NCBI RefSeq assembly: GCF_028641065.1
Contig: NC_073377.1
Location: 101,618,001-101,682,000 of the forward strand
DNA: 64,000 bases
Direction: 5' to 3'
DNA from: Leucoraja erinacea
Taxonomy: Eukaryota
In this document: in pieces, positions 26,545 to 41,134 of the stretch
Position numbering within the stretch: the stretch's first letter is position 1
Layout: each line of letters begins with the position of its first letter
The notes under the pieces: generated by a model
What the model was told of the DNA's origin: nothing
The model's input: only the letters and a program-made list of their open reading frames with translations
The model's database searches: none
Translations under genes and position numbers: made by a program

Positions 26545-27204
26545 ATGCAGGAGTAGGCCATTCGGCCCTTCGAGCCTGCACCGCCATTCAATATGTTCAT
26601 GGCTGATCATCCAACTCAGTATCCCGTACATGCCTTCTCTCCATACCCTCTGATCCCTTTAGCCACAAGGGCCACATCTAACTCCCTCTTAAATATAGCC
26701 AATGAACTGGCCTCGACTACCCTCTGTGGCAGAGAGTTCCAGAGATTCACCACTCTGTGTGAAAAAAGTTCTTCTCATCTCGGTTTTAAAGGATTTCCCC
26801 CTTATCCTTAAGCTGTGACCTCTTGTCCTGGACTTCCCCAACATCGGGAGCAATCTTCCTGCATCTAGCCTGTCCAACCCCTTAAGAATTTTGTAAGTTT
26901 CTATAAGATCCCCTCTCAATCTCCTAAATTCTAGAAAGTATAAACCAAGTCTATCCAGTCTTTCTTCATAAGACAGTCCTGACATCCCAGGAATCAGTCT
27001 GGTAAACCTTCTCTGCACTCCCTCTATGGCAATAATGTCCTTCCTCAGATTTGGAGACCAAAACTGTACGCAATACTCCAGGTGTGGTCTCACCAAGACC
27101 CTGTACAACTGCAGTAGAACCTCCCTGCTCCTATACTCAAATCGTTTTGCTATGAATCCTTCCGCTATAGGATCTTTGCCTCACGAGATGAACCATCTCC
27201 TCAT
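26545..27204 (-). mobile_element. CR1 LINE fragment inside Helitron array
   Basis: ORF YRVLVRPHLEYCVQFWSP; flanked by an 18-bp direct repeat. Confidence 0.88.
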
Positions 27205-27977
27205 AAGTTCTGCAGAACAAAGTTTCTACAGCTCCGTTCCGCTACCGCTGAACCTTCTCCTCACAGCCGACACAGCTCACGAAGCCCCGCCCACCTGCGC
27301 GATCATTCCAGCTGTGGGATCCCAGAATCAAAAGCCGCTTCTCTCTCTCTCTTCTATTGGCAGCCCGGCTCCCCCCCGGCCCGGCCCTGTCACGCTGGCG
27401 GAAGCCACAATCGACTGGTCCCCCCCCCCCCCCCCCCCGCTGCTTTTTCACCGTCCTCAGATCGCTCCGTGCCTCGGCTCGGGTTGCCGCCCCTCTCCTC
27501 TCTTCCCCCTCCCTCTCCTTCCCTCCTCACTCTCCCTCCCCCATCTCACTCTCTACCCCAACCCCCTGCCCTCCCCCACACTCGCTCCTCTAAATCCCCT
27601 TGATTCCTCCCCTTCCATCCACCTCCCCCCTCTCTCCTCCCATCACTTGCTCCCCTCCTAAACCCACCCTCCCCTCCCTCCCCCCTCCCCCGCTGTCTCT
27701 TGCCCTTCTGTCCCTGTGTCTCCCCATTCTCGCTCTGCCCTCACTCTCTACCCCACCTCCCCTCCCTCTCTAGACACGCCTGCAAGTTGGGGGCTAAGCG
27801 TCAGTGGGTAGGGCGGTTATGGGGTAAGCGAAGCAAATTAATACTATTAATATAATATCAAGGAGGGTAGTTAGCATTTGTGCGGTGGTATGGTTAGTGT
27901 GTGTGACGCTGCATGCCGTCCCCCCCAGCCCCCCCACAACCACACGTTGGGGGAACAGACCCAACGGGTCTGCACTT

Positions 27978-28110
27978 NNNNNNNNNNNNNNNNNNNNNNN
28001 NNNNNNNNNNNNNNNNNNNNNNNNNNNNNNNNNNNNNNNNNNNNNNNNNNNNNNNNNNNNNNNNNNNNNNNNNNNNNNNNNNNNNNNNNNNNNNNNNNNN
28101 NNNNNNNNNN
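27978..28110. other. Assembly gap
   Basis: N run. Confidence 1.
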
Positions 28111-31071
28111 TTGCCTTTGAAATGCACCTCCCCATGAAAACCAAACGCGGAAACGGGGAAATGTTTACATATTTCGGTAGATATTTTCCTTATGATTTCA
28201 AAAATCCACTCCTCCGTAAATTTGGTGAATTATTTCCAAAGATTTTTATGATAATTGTTCACCAATCTGATGTTTTTTTCGAATCTGACCTCTGGGCGGC
28301 TGCTGAAGTCACAATGAGGGTAAAATATTTGCATATTCTGGATTATAAAAATCCACTTCTCTGTAAATTTGGTTAATTATTTCCCGAGTTTTATACTAAA
28401 ATTGATCACCAAACTGACATTTGAAAAAAATAATAAAATAGCCGCTGGCCAGCTGCTGACGTCACAATGCCTTTGTCCCCCGCGACCAGCGGCGCAGACT
28501 TTCAATGTGCAGCCAGTTACATGGATTGAAGCCCGTTAACATGTGATCAAGTCGTCCAGCGCGCTCCGCTGGGTTTCTTGAAGTTCAACAACATGGTGGC
28601 GGCGGTCGTTATTGCAGAAAGAACGAGCAAGTTCTGCAGTTCCCGAGGTCACCGGTTCACCGGCTTGCTTTTGAAGAACTCGCACGGCCGGGCCGCTCGC
28701 AAGACCTTCGAAAAAAACCACGCAGTCTGCTTGCTCCAGCTGCCGGGAGCGAGTGATTATTGCGTTCAAGAACCAGCCCTCACCTCTGACAATGCATTTC
28801 CCCCCCCCCCCCCCCCCCCCCCTCCCTGCCTCCAAGTGCCTCTCTGTCCCGCTCCCCACTACTCTCCTACGCACCACCTCTCCCCCCCACCCTCTCTCTC
28901 TCTCTCCACCGCTCCTATCTCCGTCCCCTCTCTCTCTCTCTCTCTCTCCCCTGTGTGTGTGGGGGGTGGTTAGTGTGCGTGTGACGCCACTGACCCCACC
29001 CCCCCACCCACCCACGCAGAGGGAACGGTTCCCCCCTGGTCTAGTAACTTATCAAACTCTGGATGTTCGCTTGTGCGGATGCTTGCTTTCTTGCTTCAAC
29101 TTTTTCTTTGATTCACATCTCCTGGAAAACCTGACCGGTAACGGTGAAATCTTTACATATTCTGGTAGAGATTTACCTCGTGATTTCAAAATCCCCTCAT
29201 CTGTAAATTTGATTCATTATTTTCCCAAGTTTTTTACTAAAATTATTCACCAATCCGAGGTCTTTTTAAAATCTAACGTGCTGAAGCCAGCTGGACGATG
29301 TCACAATGCCTTTTCTCCTCACGACCAACTGCGCAGTTTTGAACACGCTGCCGGCAGGGCAATGTTTTCCAGGAGTGACGTCATCACCTCCACCCCCCCC
29401 CCCTGTTCTTCAAAAGACGCAGAAAGCACGAGCAAGTGGGCTCTGTTCTGCAGATCAGAACGGCGCTTCCAAGAGCTTCAGAGCTCTTCCAAGTTCACCC
29501 GAGGTCACGGGTGCTACGGAGCTTCCCGGCTTGCTTTTCAAGAACTTTTTCTCCTCGCGAGTAAAGTCACCCCCCTCCCCCCCCCCCCCCCCCCCCCCGC
29601 TGCTAACCGCTCCTATCCTGCTACTACTCCCCCGCTGCTATCCACTTCAACCAGGTTTCCAGAGAGATGGAGAGTGTCGGGCCTTGTACTCTCTCCCTCT
29701 CCCTGGGCTCCCTCCCCCTGCTTCTCACTCGTCCGACTCCCCTCACCTCTCCACCCCCTCCATTTCTTTCCCCCCTCCTCACTCTCCATCCCCACTACCC
29801 CCCTCCCTTCCCCCCACTCCCCCTCCCCTTCTATCTCCCCCTCCACCCTTCTTCCCCCTACTCTCCCCCCCCCCCTTCTTCTCTCTCCCCCTACCCCCTA
29901 CCCACCCTCTCCACCCCCCCGCCCCCCCCCCCCCCCCCCCCCACCCCCCCACACTAGGACTCTCCCCCTTGATCTAGTATAATATAAAACTCTGATCTTG
30001 GATGTTTACTTGTGGGGATGTTTGCTTGAACTTTTTCTTTTGATTCACATCTCCTCGAAAACCCGACGCGGTAACGGTATAATGTTTACATATTCCGGTA
30101 GAGATTTAACTAATGATTTAAAAAAATATCCTCATCTGTAAATTTGATTCATTATTTTCTGAGTTTTTTACAAAAATTGTTCACCACTCTTAACTTCCTT
30201 TTAAAATCTAACGTGCTGGATGACATCACAATGCCTTTGTTCCTCGCTGCAAGCTGCACAGAATTTTCAACGTGCAGGGGCACTGTTTTCCATTGGCTGC
30301 GAGTTACGTGGTCCAGCTGCCCTCCCCCCCCCCGGCTCTGGATTAAAGCTGAAGAACACGTGATCAAGTCCTGGACAAGCGCAGTGGAAAAGTGGCCGTG
30401 GCTGCCGTCACAGGGGACGACCTCTTCTCGGTCTCCCCCCCGATCGTCTGTCACGCTGGTGGGTGTGCTTACCCTTGCGGAAGCCACGATCGGCCAGCCG
30501 TCCGTTGCTTTTCACCGTCCTCAGATTGCTCCGGGTCTCGCTCTGGTCCACGACGGCCGCAGCCTAGCTCGGGCACAACGCCTGATGGGGAGGCCTGCTC
30601 TACGACCTGGGTAGGTGCTACCTCCACCCCTCCCCCTCCCCGGGCGCAGAGAAAGAGAAGGGGGGGGGGTGGTGGGGGGGAAGGAGAGAGGGTGGAGAGG
30701 GGGGGGGGGGGGGGGAGATGGAGAGTGCTGCACACGGCTGTGGCATGCAGCAGACACCTGAGCCGGCTCACGGACTCGCCAGCCGCCCGCCACCTGCGCG
30801 GGAGGAAGAGACCACCCCCCACTTGCACATGCAGCAGGAGGTCGAGCACTCCGTTGATAAAGTAGTCAACATGTCAAACTGTCAACATAGGCAGTCCCCG
30901 ATTGTGTCAATACTCGCACTCGGCCGGACGTTCACAGCGCAGCGCCCCCCGCCCCCCCCCATTCCCCCCCCTCTCTCCCCCCCCATTCACCATCTCTCCA
31001 CATCCACCTCCCTCCCTCCCCACCATCCTATCTCCCCCTCCCCCCCTCTGCCCCCTCCCCTCTGGCCCTCA

Positions 31072-31449
<378 letters not shown>

Positions 31450-31802
31450 TTACACACATTTAAATTATGTTTTTACAGCTCTAATTGGTCAATTCATGAC
31501 ATAATAGAGAGTTGCTTGTTGTTATATCTTATTTAATACAACCGCAATGTCAGTATTTTTTGCTGGTAACTTGAAAATACTGAGCTTTTTATCACCTCAA
31601 AAGAGCCAATTAAAAGCTTGTATCAGGATCAAGATCCTCTGTGGACTTATTCTTCCCTGCCTCCTTAGCTCAATCATCTCCTTTTCCTCAAACCTGGCAA
31701 CTCCAAGAAACTTTACTACACATTTGTTATTTCCCTTTGCCAACCATGAAATTCCCTCCCTACTAAAACACTGCAACCTCTCCTCCTTTGCAAGGGTGCA
31801 TT

Positions 31803-33000
31803 TATAGAAACATAGAAAATAGGTGCAGGAGTAGGCCATTCGACCCTTCGAGCCTGCACCGCCATTCAATAAGATATGGCTGATCATCCAACTCGGTATC
31901 CTGTACCTGGTTTCTCTCCATACCCCCTGATCCCTTTAGCCACAAGGGCCACATCTAACCCCCTCTTAAATATAGCCAATGAACTGACCTCAACTACATT
32001 CTGTGGCAGAGAATTCCAGATTCACCACTCTGTGTAAAAAATGTTTTTCTCATCTCAGCCCTAAAAGATTTCCCCTTTATCCTTAAACTGTGACCCCTTG
32101 TTCTGGACTTCCCCAACATCGGGAACAATCTTCCTGCATCTAGCCTGTCCAACCCCTTTAGAATTTTGTAAGTTTCTATAAGATCCCCCCTGAATCTTCT
32201 AAATTCTAGCGAGTACAAGCCGAGTCTATCCAGTCTTTCTTCATATGAAAGTCCTGACATCCCAGGAATCAGTCTGGTGAACCTTCTCTGTACTCCCTCT
32301 ATGGCAAAAATGTCCTTCCTCAGATTAGGAGACCAAAACTGTACGCAATACTCCAGGTGTGGTCTCACCAAGACCCTGTACAACTGCAGTAGATGATCCC
32401 TGCTCCTATACTCAAATCCTTTTGCTAAGAATGCTAACATAACATTCGCATTCTTCACTGCCTGCTGCACCTGCATGCCTACTTTCAATGACTGGTGTAC
32501 CATGACACCCAGGTCTCATTGCATCTCCCCTTTTCCTAATCGGCCACCATTCAGATAATAGTCTACTTTCCCGTTTTTACCACCAAAGTGGATAACCTCA
32601 CATTTATCCACATTATACTGCATCTGCCATGCATTTGCCCACTCACCCAGCCTTTCCAAGTCACCTTGCAGCAGCCTCCTCACAGCTAACACTGCCCCCC
32701 TGCTTCGTGTCATCTGCAAACTTGGAGATGTTGCATTCAATTCCCTCGTCCAAATCATTAATATATATTGTAAATAGCTGGGGTCCCAGCACTGAGCCTT
32801 GCGGTACCCCACTAGTCACTGCCTGCCATTCTGAAAAGGACCCGTTAACTCCTATTCTTTGCTTCCTGTCTGCCAGCCAGTTCTCTTATCCACATCAATA
32901 CTGAACCCCCAATACCGTGTGCTTTAAGTTTGTATACTAATCTCTTATGTGGGACCTTGTCAAAAGCCTTCTGAAAGTCCAGATATAATACATCCACTGG
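31803..33000 (-). mobile_element. CR1 LINE 3' part
   Basis: ORFs 31994-32812 (KFADD region, RPHLEYC), tagaaacatagaaa tail. Confidence 0.92.
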
Positions 33001-33039
33001 TGTTGTATCTGGACTTTCTGCAGATTGTATGACATCAAA

Positions 33040-33625
33040 GATAGAGACAAAAAATGCTGGAGTAACTCAACAGGACAGGCAGCATCTCTGGATAGAAGGA
33101 ATGGGTAAGGTTTCACGTCGAGACCCTTCTTCAGACTGTGAGTCAGGGGAGGGGGAGACGGAGATAAGGACGGGTAAGGTGTGAAAAAGAGACATCCAAG
33201 GAATTAGGCTCAAGGAAGTGTAGAATAGATCATTGTTAGCTCGGAGAAGACAACAAAGCATACAGAGATAAAATTTAAACAGAGGGACAGTCAGACTGGT
33301 TGGAGAACTAGGAAGGGAGGGATGGAGAGAGAGGGAGAACTAGGAAGGGAGGGATGGAGAGAGAGGGAATGTAAGGGTTACTTGAAGTTAGAGAAGTCAA
33401 TATTCATACCACTGGGGTATAAGATGCCTAAGCGAAATATGAGGTGCTGTTCCTCCAATTTGTGCTGGACCTTACTTTGACAGTGGAGGCGGCCCAGGAC
33501 AGAAAAGTCAGTACAGGAATGGGAGGGGGAGTCAAAGTGTTTAGCAACCGAGAGATCAGGTAGGTTTAGGCAGACTGAGTGGAGTGTTCAGCAAAAATGA
33601 TCATCAAGCCTATGCTTGGTCTCCC
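33040..33625 (-). mobile_element. Penelope-like element 3' fragment (GIY-YIG C-terminus)
   Basis: Minus strand encodes a KLEEQHLIFRLG-type GIY-YIG tail followed by the shared terminal repeat. Confidence 0.7.
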
Positions 33626-33653
33626 CAGCCAAACATACATTATCCACAAACTT

Positions 33654-34018
33654 TTAAGAAGGAACTGCAGATGCTGGAAAATCGAAGGTAGACAAATATA
33701 CTGGAGAAACTCAGCAGATGAGGCAGCATCTATGGAGTGAAGGAAATGGGCAACGTTTCAGGTTTGGCGGGCAGTTTACACCCCAGCGGTATGAACATTG
33801 ACTTTTCTAATTTCAGGTAGTCCCTGCTTTCGCATCCCCAGCTCTCCCTCAGCTCACTGTCTCAGCCTCTTCCTTTCTACGTCCCCTCCCGTCCCCCCCC
33901 CCCCCACCCCCCCCACATCAGTCTGAAGAAGGGTCTCGACCCAAAACGTCACCCATTTCCTTCGCTTCATAGATGCTGCTTCACCCACTGAGTTTCTCCA
34001 GCATTTTTGTCTACCTTC
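33654..34018. mobile_element. Penelope-derived element with inverted ends
   Basis: Same terminal family. 14-bp TSD ttatccacaaactt at 33640-33653 and 34019-34032. Confidence 0.8.
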
Positions 34019-35539
34019 TTATCCACAAACTTAATCACTGGATAATTGGTGATGGAAAAGGGAGCTATTCAACATCCAAGACAAGACTGTCAAGCCAGAT
34101 ATCAGCTACAGGATGCATAGGCAATACCACGTGTTTAAAACAAACTATGTGTATCAGGATTTATTACCATAGAAATATAATTGAAAAGTAACAAAGCTAT
34201 ATTAAGTCTACATTGAAATCAGTTAAACCACATTTAGAAGACTGCAAAGTGTTCTAGTCATTGGATTATAAAAGGACATTGGTGATTTAGAGAGTATCAA
34301 GAAGAGTTACAAAGAAGATATGATAAATGCTTGGATACACAGATGAAGAAAGCATAAACAGACTCAAGTTTCTGTGCCTGAGAAAAGATAGCTATAAGAT
34401 GATGCAAGAGATCTATAAAAATCTGAAACATTTTTTATTTAGTTGTTGCAGAGTTAAGGTTCTGCCCATACCAAGGGGATAGATCAGTAAATAGAAGGGA
34501 ATTCAGAAAAAAATTACATTCAAAGTGTAGTAAAAATGTAAAACTGTGTCAAAGGGATCAGCTGATGAAAATGGTACTCGCATTTAAGGGTAAGATGGAC
34601 AAGAACACAAAGGGAAAAAGGAATTGGGAGTTTTCATATATTAAGATAAGAAACAATGAGATGGGGGTCAAGTGGAACACATTCACTTGCATTCATTAGG
34701 TCTGTGGAGAATACTTGCATGACCCAAAAATGTTCTACCATTTAAAACTTTAAAACATTTTCAGAAAGTTTGCCACAAAACATTTTTTGAACGATTTACA
34801 ATAAAAACAACTCATTCTAATTTACTGTGATCAGAATATAGTTGCTGCTATTCATAGCCTCGTCCTTCTTCCCCATAATGTGTTGATCTTATTTAAATAC
34901 CAGAACAGACCTCACATGGTGAATGAAACAAAACCTGCCAAGTTGCTTTTAAAATGTTAGCCTTGCCTACAGTTCAAGACTAATTTTTAATCAACTGCTT
35001 TCAAACAGATGGAGTAATTATGAGTTAACAAAAACATGACCATTCTTGTACAGATGTTCTGTCAAGAGGAATGTGATAGTCTGGGCTTTCTGACATCCAA
35101 AGCTCTAGTGGACGTCAAGAGGCAGCCAGGCAGAAGAGACCTTTGAGCAAGCAATACAAAAGAAAATAAACATGGTCACATGGATGACTTTTCACCTTTA
35201 CGAGTTCTAACATTGGTGGATCTTCTTCCAGATGAAGGCAGACATGGAAACTCTCTTCCTGTTCACAAAACCACACTGAGATTGGTTCTATTTGCAAAAA
35301 CCATTCTGCCTCATTAATACCCATAAATCAACTTTACGTGGCAATGGAAGCTTGAACTTTCATTTTTACATCCCTTACTGCATTTCATCCGTTGATATCA
35401 ACCAGTGAACTTATTTCAAAAACTAAAGAATTGGCTTCACCCCAGGAGTTAGTAGCAGTCAACACACCCATGCTCTATCTATCTCCAACTTACAGTTGCA
35501 GGTCACATCAATTCCCCTTTCCATTCTCACACCAACCCA

Positions 35540-36157
35540 TCTCTCAGTCTTTTCCACTGCCATGACGAGGCAAAATGCAAACTAGAAGAACAGCACCTCG
35601 TATTCTGGCTGGGGTAGTGGAGAAGGCTGAAACTGGAAAATTTGATGTTTCTAGCACTAGATTGTAGCCTACAAGCCATAGGAATGAACATCAAATCTTC
35701 CAATTTCAGAGAAACTACTACTACGGTGTTACTTTCCCACTTTTTTGTTCACATTTTTCATGTCCATCTACACACTATTCTAAGTTTTTTTTCTCCCTTG
35801 GCCTTCCCTAAACCCTCCCTCATCTGCCCATCACTAATCCCCTGATCTAGTTCCACTCTGGTTTCATTTATCAGCTTCTAGTCTCTGTCTTTACCTTCCC
35901 CCTCCCCTCACCCCATCTGCCTATTGTTTTCCTCTCCATCCATTACCCAGCTTCTCTCTTAATTCATCTTTCCTCCCCACCTAGGTCGAATTGCCCATCA
36001 TCCCCCACTTCCGCAATTCCTCTGAACACCTATCAGAGCCACCCTCACCTATCATTTCATTGTTCTGGCCATATTCCCTCCATATTCGCAGTTCTAATGT
36101 TGAGTCACGACCCAAAACATAAACTATTCTTTTGCTGATGTTGCTTAACTCACTGAA
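35540..36157 (+). mobile_element. Degenerate Penelope-like 3' fragment
   Basis: KCKLEEQHLVFWLG at about 35572-35615, then a pyrimidine-rich UTR and a degenerate terminal repeat. Confidence 0.55.
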
Positions 36158-38430
36158 TAGAAACATAGAAAATAGGTGCAGGAGTAGGCCATTCGGCCCT
36201 TTGAGCCTGCACCGCCATTCGATATGATCATGGCTGATCATCCAACTCAGTATCCCATCCCTGCCTTCTCTCCATACCCCCTGATCCCTTTAGCCACAAG
36301 GGCCACATTTAACTCCCTCTTAAATATAGCCAATGAACTAGCCTCAACTACCTTCTGTGGCAGAGAATTCCACAGATTCACCACTCTCTGTGTAAAAAAT
36401 GATTTTCTCATCTCAGTCCCAAAAGATTTCTCCTTTATCCTTAAACTGTGACCCCTAGTTCTGGACTTCCCCAACATCAGGAATAATCTTCCTGCATCTA
36501 GCCTGTCCAACCTCTTAAGAATTTTGTAAGTTTCTATAAGATCCCCCCTCAATCTTCTAAATTCTAGCGTGTACAAGCCGAGTCTATCCAGTCTTTCTTC
36601 ATATGAAAGTCCTGCCATCCCAGGAATCAGTCTGGTGAACCTTCTCTGTACTCCCTCTATTGCAAGCATGTCTTTCCTCAGATTAGGAGACCAAAACTGT
36701 ACGCAATACTCCAGGTGTGGTCTCACCAAGACCCTGTACAACTGCAGTAGAACCTCCCTGCTCTTATACTCAAATCCTTTTGCTATGAATGCTAACATAC
36801 CATTTGCTTTCTTCACTGCCTGTTGCACCTGCATTCCTACATTCAATGACAGGTGTACCATGACACCCAGGTCTCATTGCATCTCCCCTTTTCCTAATCG
36901 GCCACCATTCAGATAATAGTCTACTTTCTTGCTTTTGCCACCAAAGTGGATAACCTCACATTTATCCACATTATACTGCATCTGCCATGCATTTGCCCAC
37001 TCACCCAACCTATCCAAGTCACCTTGCAGCCTCCTAGCATCCACCTCACAGCTAACACTGACCCCCAGCTTCGTGTCATCCGCAAACTTGGAGATGTTGC
37101 ATTCAATTCCCTCGTCCAAATCATTAATCTATATTACTAAAAGTCTGTTCTTGACTGGTTTTGGCCATCTGTGCTGCGATTTCCAAGAGAACGCCGCCAC
37201 CTACGGCCATCATTTTTGGCCAATTTACTCAGAACCCCCCTCCGCCATATGTGTGCCAAGGGTTTTTCCCGTCGATGAAAACTGACAGAGATATTAATGA
37301 TTTTACAAAATTCCCGATTCTCTCTGCTGCCCCAACTGGTGTCAGGGGGGACGGACTATAAAACAAGGAAGTGGTGTGCCTAAATCAGTGTCTGCAAGCT
37401 GGAGGAAGGCAGAGGGTTACATTTCTCTGAGCTGTGAATAACACTGAACACATGTCTACTCAAATGTAAGTGTCCTTAGTGGTTCTAAAACGCTTGCAGA
37501 ATGTGTCTATTGGTTCTAAAATGTTTGCAAAAAGTGTTTATTGGTTCTAAAATGTTTGCAAAAATTGTCTCTTTTGGTTCTACAATGCTTGCAGAATGTT
37601 TTTTTATGTTCTCCCCGCCCCTCCCCCCCCCTCTTTTTCCCCCCCCTCCCCCCCCATTCCTCCCCTAAACCCCCCCCTCCCCTCCACACACCCCTACCCC
37701 CTTCCCTCCCCCCCTCCCCTCCCCCCTCCCCCCTCCCCTCTCAGCACACCCTCTCCTCTCCCTCCTCCCTCCCCTCCCCTCCACCCCCCCCTAAACCCCC
37801 TTCCCTCCAACCTCCCTCCCCCTCCCTACCCTCTCCCTCCCCAGCACACCCTCTCTCCCCCTCCCCGCCCACCGTCCCCTAAACACCCTCCCCACCCACC
37901 CCCCTCTCCCCCCACCTCACCCCCTCTCAGCACCCCCTCTCTCTCCTCACCTCACTCTCTCTCTCTTCTCTCCCCTCCTCACCCACCCTCCCTCTTATCC
38001 TCCTCTCCACCCCCCTATCCCTCTTCCCCCTCTGTGTCTCTGTCTCTCTCTCTGCCTCTTCTCTCTCTGCCCTCACTCTATACCCCCGCCCCCCCCCCCC
38101 CCCCCCCTCTCTAAAGGGGACTGCAAGCTGGGGGCTATGCGCCGGTAGAAAGGGTGGTTATGGGGTAAAAGGAGCAAATTAATAATATTAATATAATATC
38201 AAGGGGGTCATTAGCGGGGGGGGGGTGAATAGTTAGTATGTGACGCTGCGTGCCGCCCCCCCACAACCGCACGTTGGCGGAACAGACCCAACGGGTCTGC
38301 ACTTGGTCTAGTATATATTGTAAATAGCTGGGGTCCCGGCAATGAGCCTTGCGGTACCCCACTAGTCACTGCCTCCCATTCTGAAAAGGACCCGTTTACT
38401 CCTACTCTTTGCTTCCTGTCTGCCAGCCAT
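36157..38430 (-). mobile_element. CR1 LINE 3' part, interrupted by Helitron 37128-38311
   Basis: ORFs 36247-37119; LINE sequence resumes exactly at 38312. Confidence 0.92.
37128..38311 (+). mobile_element. Non-autonomous Helitron inserted in a CR1 LINE
   Basis: Begins TCTATATTACTAAAAGTC and ends with hairpin cagaccc-aac-gggtctg plus CTAG. Sits between A and T with no TSD. The paralogous CR1 at about 32755-32770 shows the empty site tcattaa|tatatattg. Confidence 0.9.
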
Positions 38431-39686
38431 CAATACGGATGCGGATAGAATTTCTCCAACGGTTTGCGTTTTTGCTCAAATGACATTTACCATCTTAAGG
38501 GAGGGACTGACACGGCAGATGCACAGCATTATGCAATTTGTTGCCATGGCTTCCAGTGGTGCTGATCCACCAGCAATTAACCAGCAGATGAAGTTGCAAT
38601 AAAGAAAAATAAAGATGACTACACAGGAATATCACTCTTTCATTCATTTGAACTTTTTGTTACATAATGATTGAATTTGTCCAAAGAACATATCTTGCAA
38701 TTAAGATATAATCATACGACAATAGAATCAAAACAAAAAAATCATTCCCACTAATAAACTCATTAAGGACAAGTTCATCCAAGAGACCATCAGCAAGTGA
38801 TCACCAGTACACAACATGGAAATCCATCAGTGATAACTCTATAGGATGAGCTAGCCAAAATCCAAGATTTCACTTGCAATAATAACGTAATTGCACAGTG
38901 AAACAATTTGCAGTATTTAGGACTGGTACATTGATAATTTGTCCAATAAAGTTCAAACTTGAAAAGTAAGAGTCCCCAAATAGAAACAGCTGTGATGGGA
39001 GAAGGATTGTAAGCTGGCATCATCGACTCTGAGTGAGCAAGTCAGCTCAGCAACACAGCTCCCGATTGTTGCAACTATTGGGGATAATGGGGACCAAAGG
39101 CTCACAGAAGTTGCCTACAGCCCCATAACCGTTGGAAAATACAATCCTACCCATTCCATTAATCTCGCACAGACTTACTCATATGTAGGGGCTGTGCATA
39201 AGTAAGGGACGACCTGTACTACTCTGCTTCTTTCAGTGATCTTGATCACAATAGAATGACTGGGATGCTGACAATTATGAAGCACAGCAGTGGAACACAA
39301 TTATACATTTTATGAGATTGAAGGTAAGTACACTGAATCTACAAATACAATATGCCATCACCTGATACTATCTCTTAAAGCATCCAACTACTCAACCCAA
39401 AGTTTTCTGTTCCTCACTGACTTAATTTAGAATTATGCTCCAAACTTTAGCACAACCATGTTCAAGACAAACACGATTCTGACGGGACAGCACTTGATCA
39501 GTAATGATATAAAAAGGTCAGCATGGATTTAATGCTTAAGTCTCTACCATGAGACAAAAAAACAAAACAGATTTAACCATCAATGCTAACCCAATGCTAA
39601 TATTTTAACACTGGGTTAACATTGCATGCACGGGATGAAAACTTAATGATGGCCAATCCAGTATTAACTTCCAAAAATAAATTGGA

Positions 39687-40049
39687 CATGTCCACCACAG
39701 ATTTTCTGGCAACTAGTGGTCTGGCACCTTCTTTAATCCAGACAAAATTACGAGGACACTTGAAATCAGCCCCCAGAAGTCTTCCCGATAATGTGGACTA
39801 CTGCTCTGATTGGCGGGTCGAATATGCCCCCTGCAGCCGGGACTCTGGAACTCCGGCTCTGCTGGAACCGGCAGTTCCATTCCCATATCCGACTTCCGAG
39901 GCCGACTTTGTGGGCCGATATCTCTGCTCCCAAGGCAGCCCATTCCAATACCATTGGATTCCTCTCAGAGGCCTTCTGTTGGTCCAGCAACACAGAATGC
40001 ATAGAAAGGCTTTGCAACCAAGTATGCCAGAAAAACAGTGGTGGACCTG
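39687..40049. mobile_element. Tigger/pogo-like MITE, same family as 4685-5778
   Basis: TIR gtccaccacagattttctggca / tgccagaaaaacagtggtggacctg|ta, and a shared internal gacaaaattacga. Confidence 0.65.
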
Positions 40050-40537
40050 TACTTTAAAAAGGAAAAGTTTGTAGAGACAATTGAAAGGAGAGAAAAAGGA
40101 CAATATGCAGTACAATGAGCCAATTGTCTCTCTCCTAAACCGCTAAATTCAACCATTCCCAGTGGATCACTTAGATTTCATAGAGATCATCTTTCATTCT
40201 TTTACACCTTCAGTATAGGCTCAACATGTTCAACTGTTTGTCAGAAGACAACACCTTGACCTCATGAATCAACTTCGTGAACCTTGCTGAACCGACTCAA
40301 TCAAGCAAACCCTTAAAAATATACAGCTCACAAATGGACCTTTACACAAATTGTGGTCTCACTGTGAAGTTATTGCAAGACATCCCTTCTTTTATACAAT
40401 CTCCATTCCAGCATTGGCCAATATACTATTCTTCTTCCTAATTATTTACTGCACCTGAATGCTAATTGTGTTTCACATTCAAGGATATCTACATCCCTTT
40501 ATTGAACCAATAATCTATTCATACAAATATATTAACC

Positions 40538-41134
40538 TCAATGCACAAGTTCTTACTTGTATAGTAATCCATTACACTTTAGCTTTTTGTTTGGAAATCC
40601 AACAGCAACAAATGTACTCGTTCCTTTCATCTAGCTTGCCAGTTACATCAAAGAATATTAATAAATTAGATATGCATAACTTCTAGTAGATAAAATTAGG
40701 CTGATTCTGCATAATTGTGTTATGATTGTCTTAACATTCTGCCTCTATTTACTGAACAATGGATTCCAACATTTCTCAATGACTGACATTAAGGCCAAGT
40801 GGTCCAGTTTTCTGTTTTGTCTCCCTCTTTTCGTCAATTCACAAGTTCTTACTTGTATAGTAATCCATTACACTTTAGCTTTTTGTTTGGAAATCCAACA
40901 GCAACAAATTTACTCGTTCCTTTCATCTAGCTTGCCAGTTACATCAAAGAATCTTAATAAATTAGATATGCATAACTTATAGTAGATAAAATTAGGTTGA
41001 TTCTGCATAATTGTGTTATGATTTTCTTAACATTCTGCCTCTATTTACTGAACAATGGATTCCAACATTTCTCAATGACTGACATTAAGGCCGAGTGGTC
41101 CAGTTTTCTGTTTTGTCTCCCTCTTTTCATCAAT
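40538..41134. repeat. 296-bp tandem duplication
   Basis: 40538-40833 is nearly identical to 40834-41129. Confidence 0.95.

Noticed and set aside
37541-38114. Pro/Ser-rich ORFs
   Set aside because: Poly-pyrimidine low-complexity sequence.
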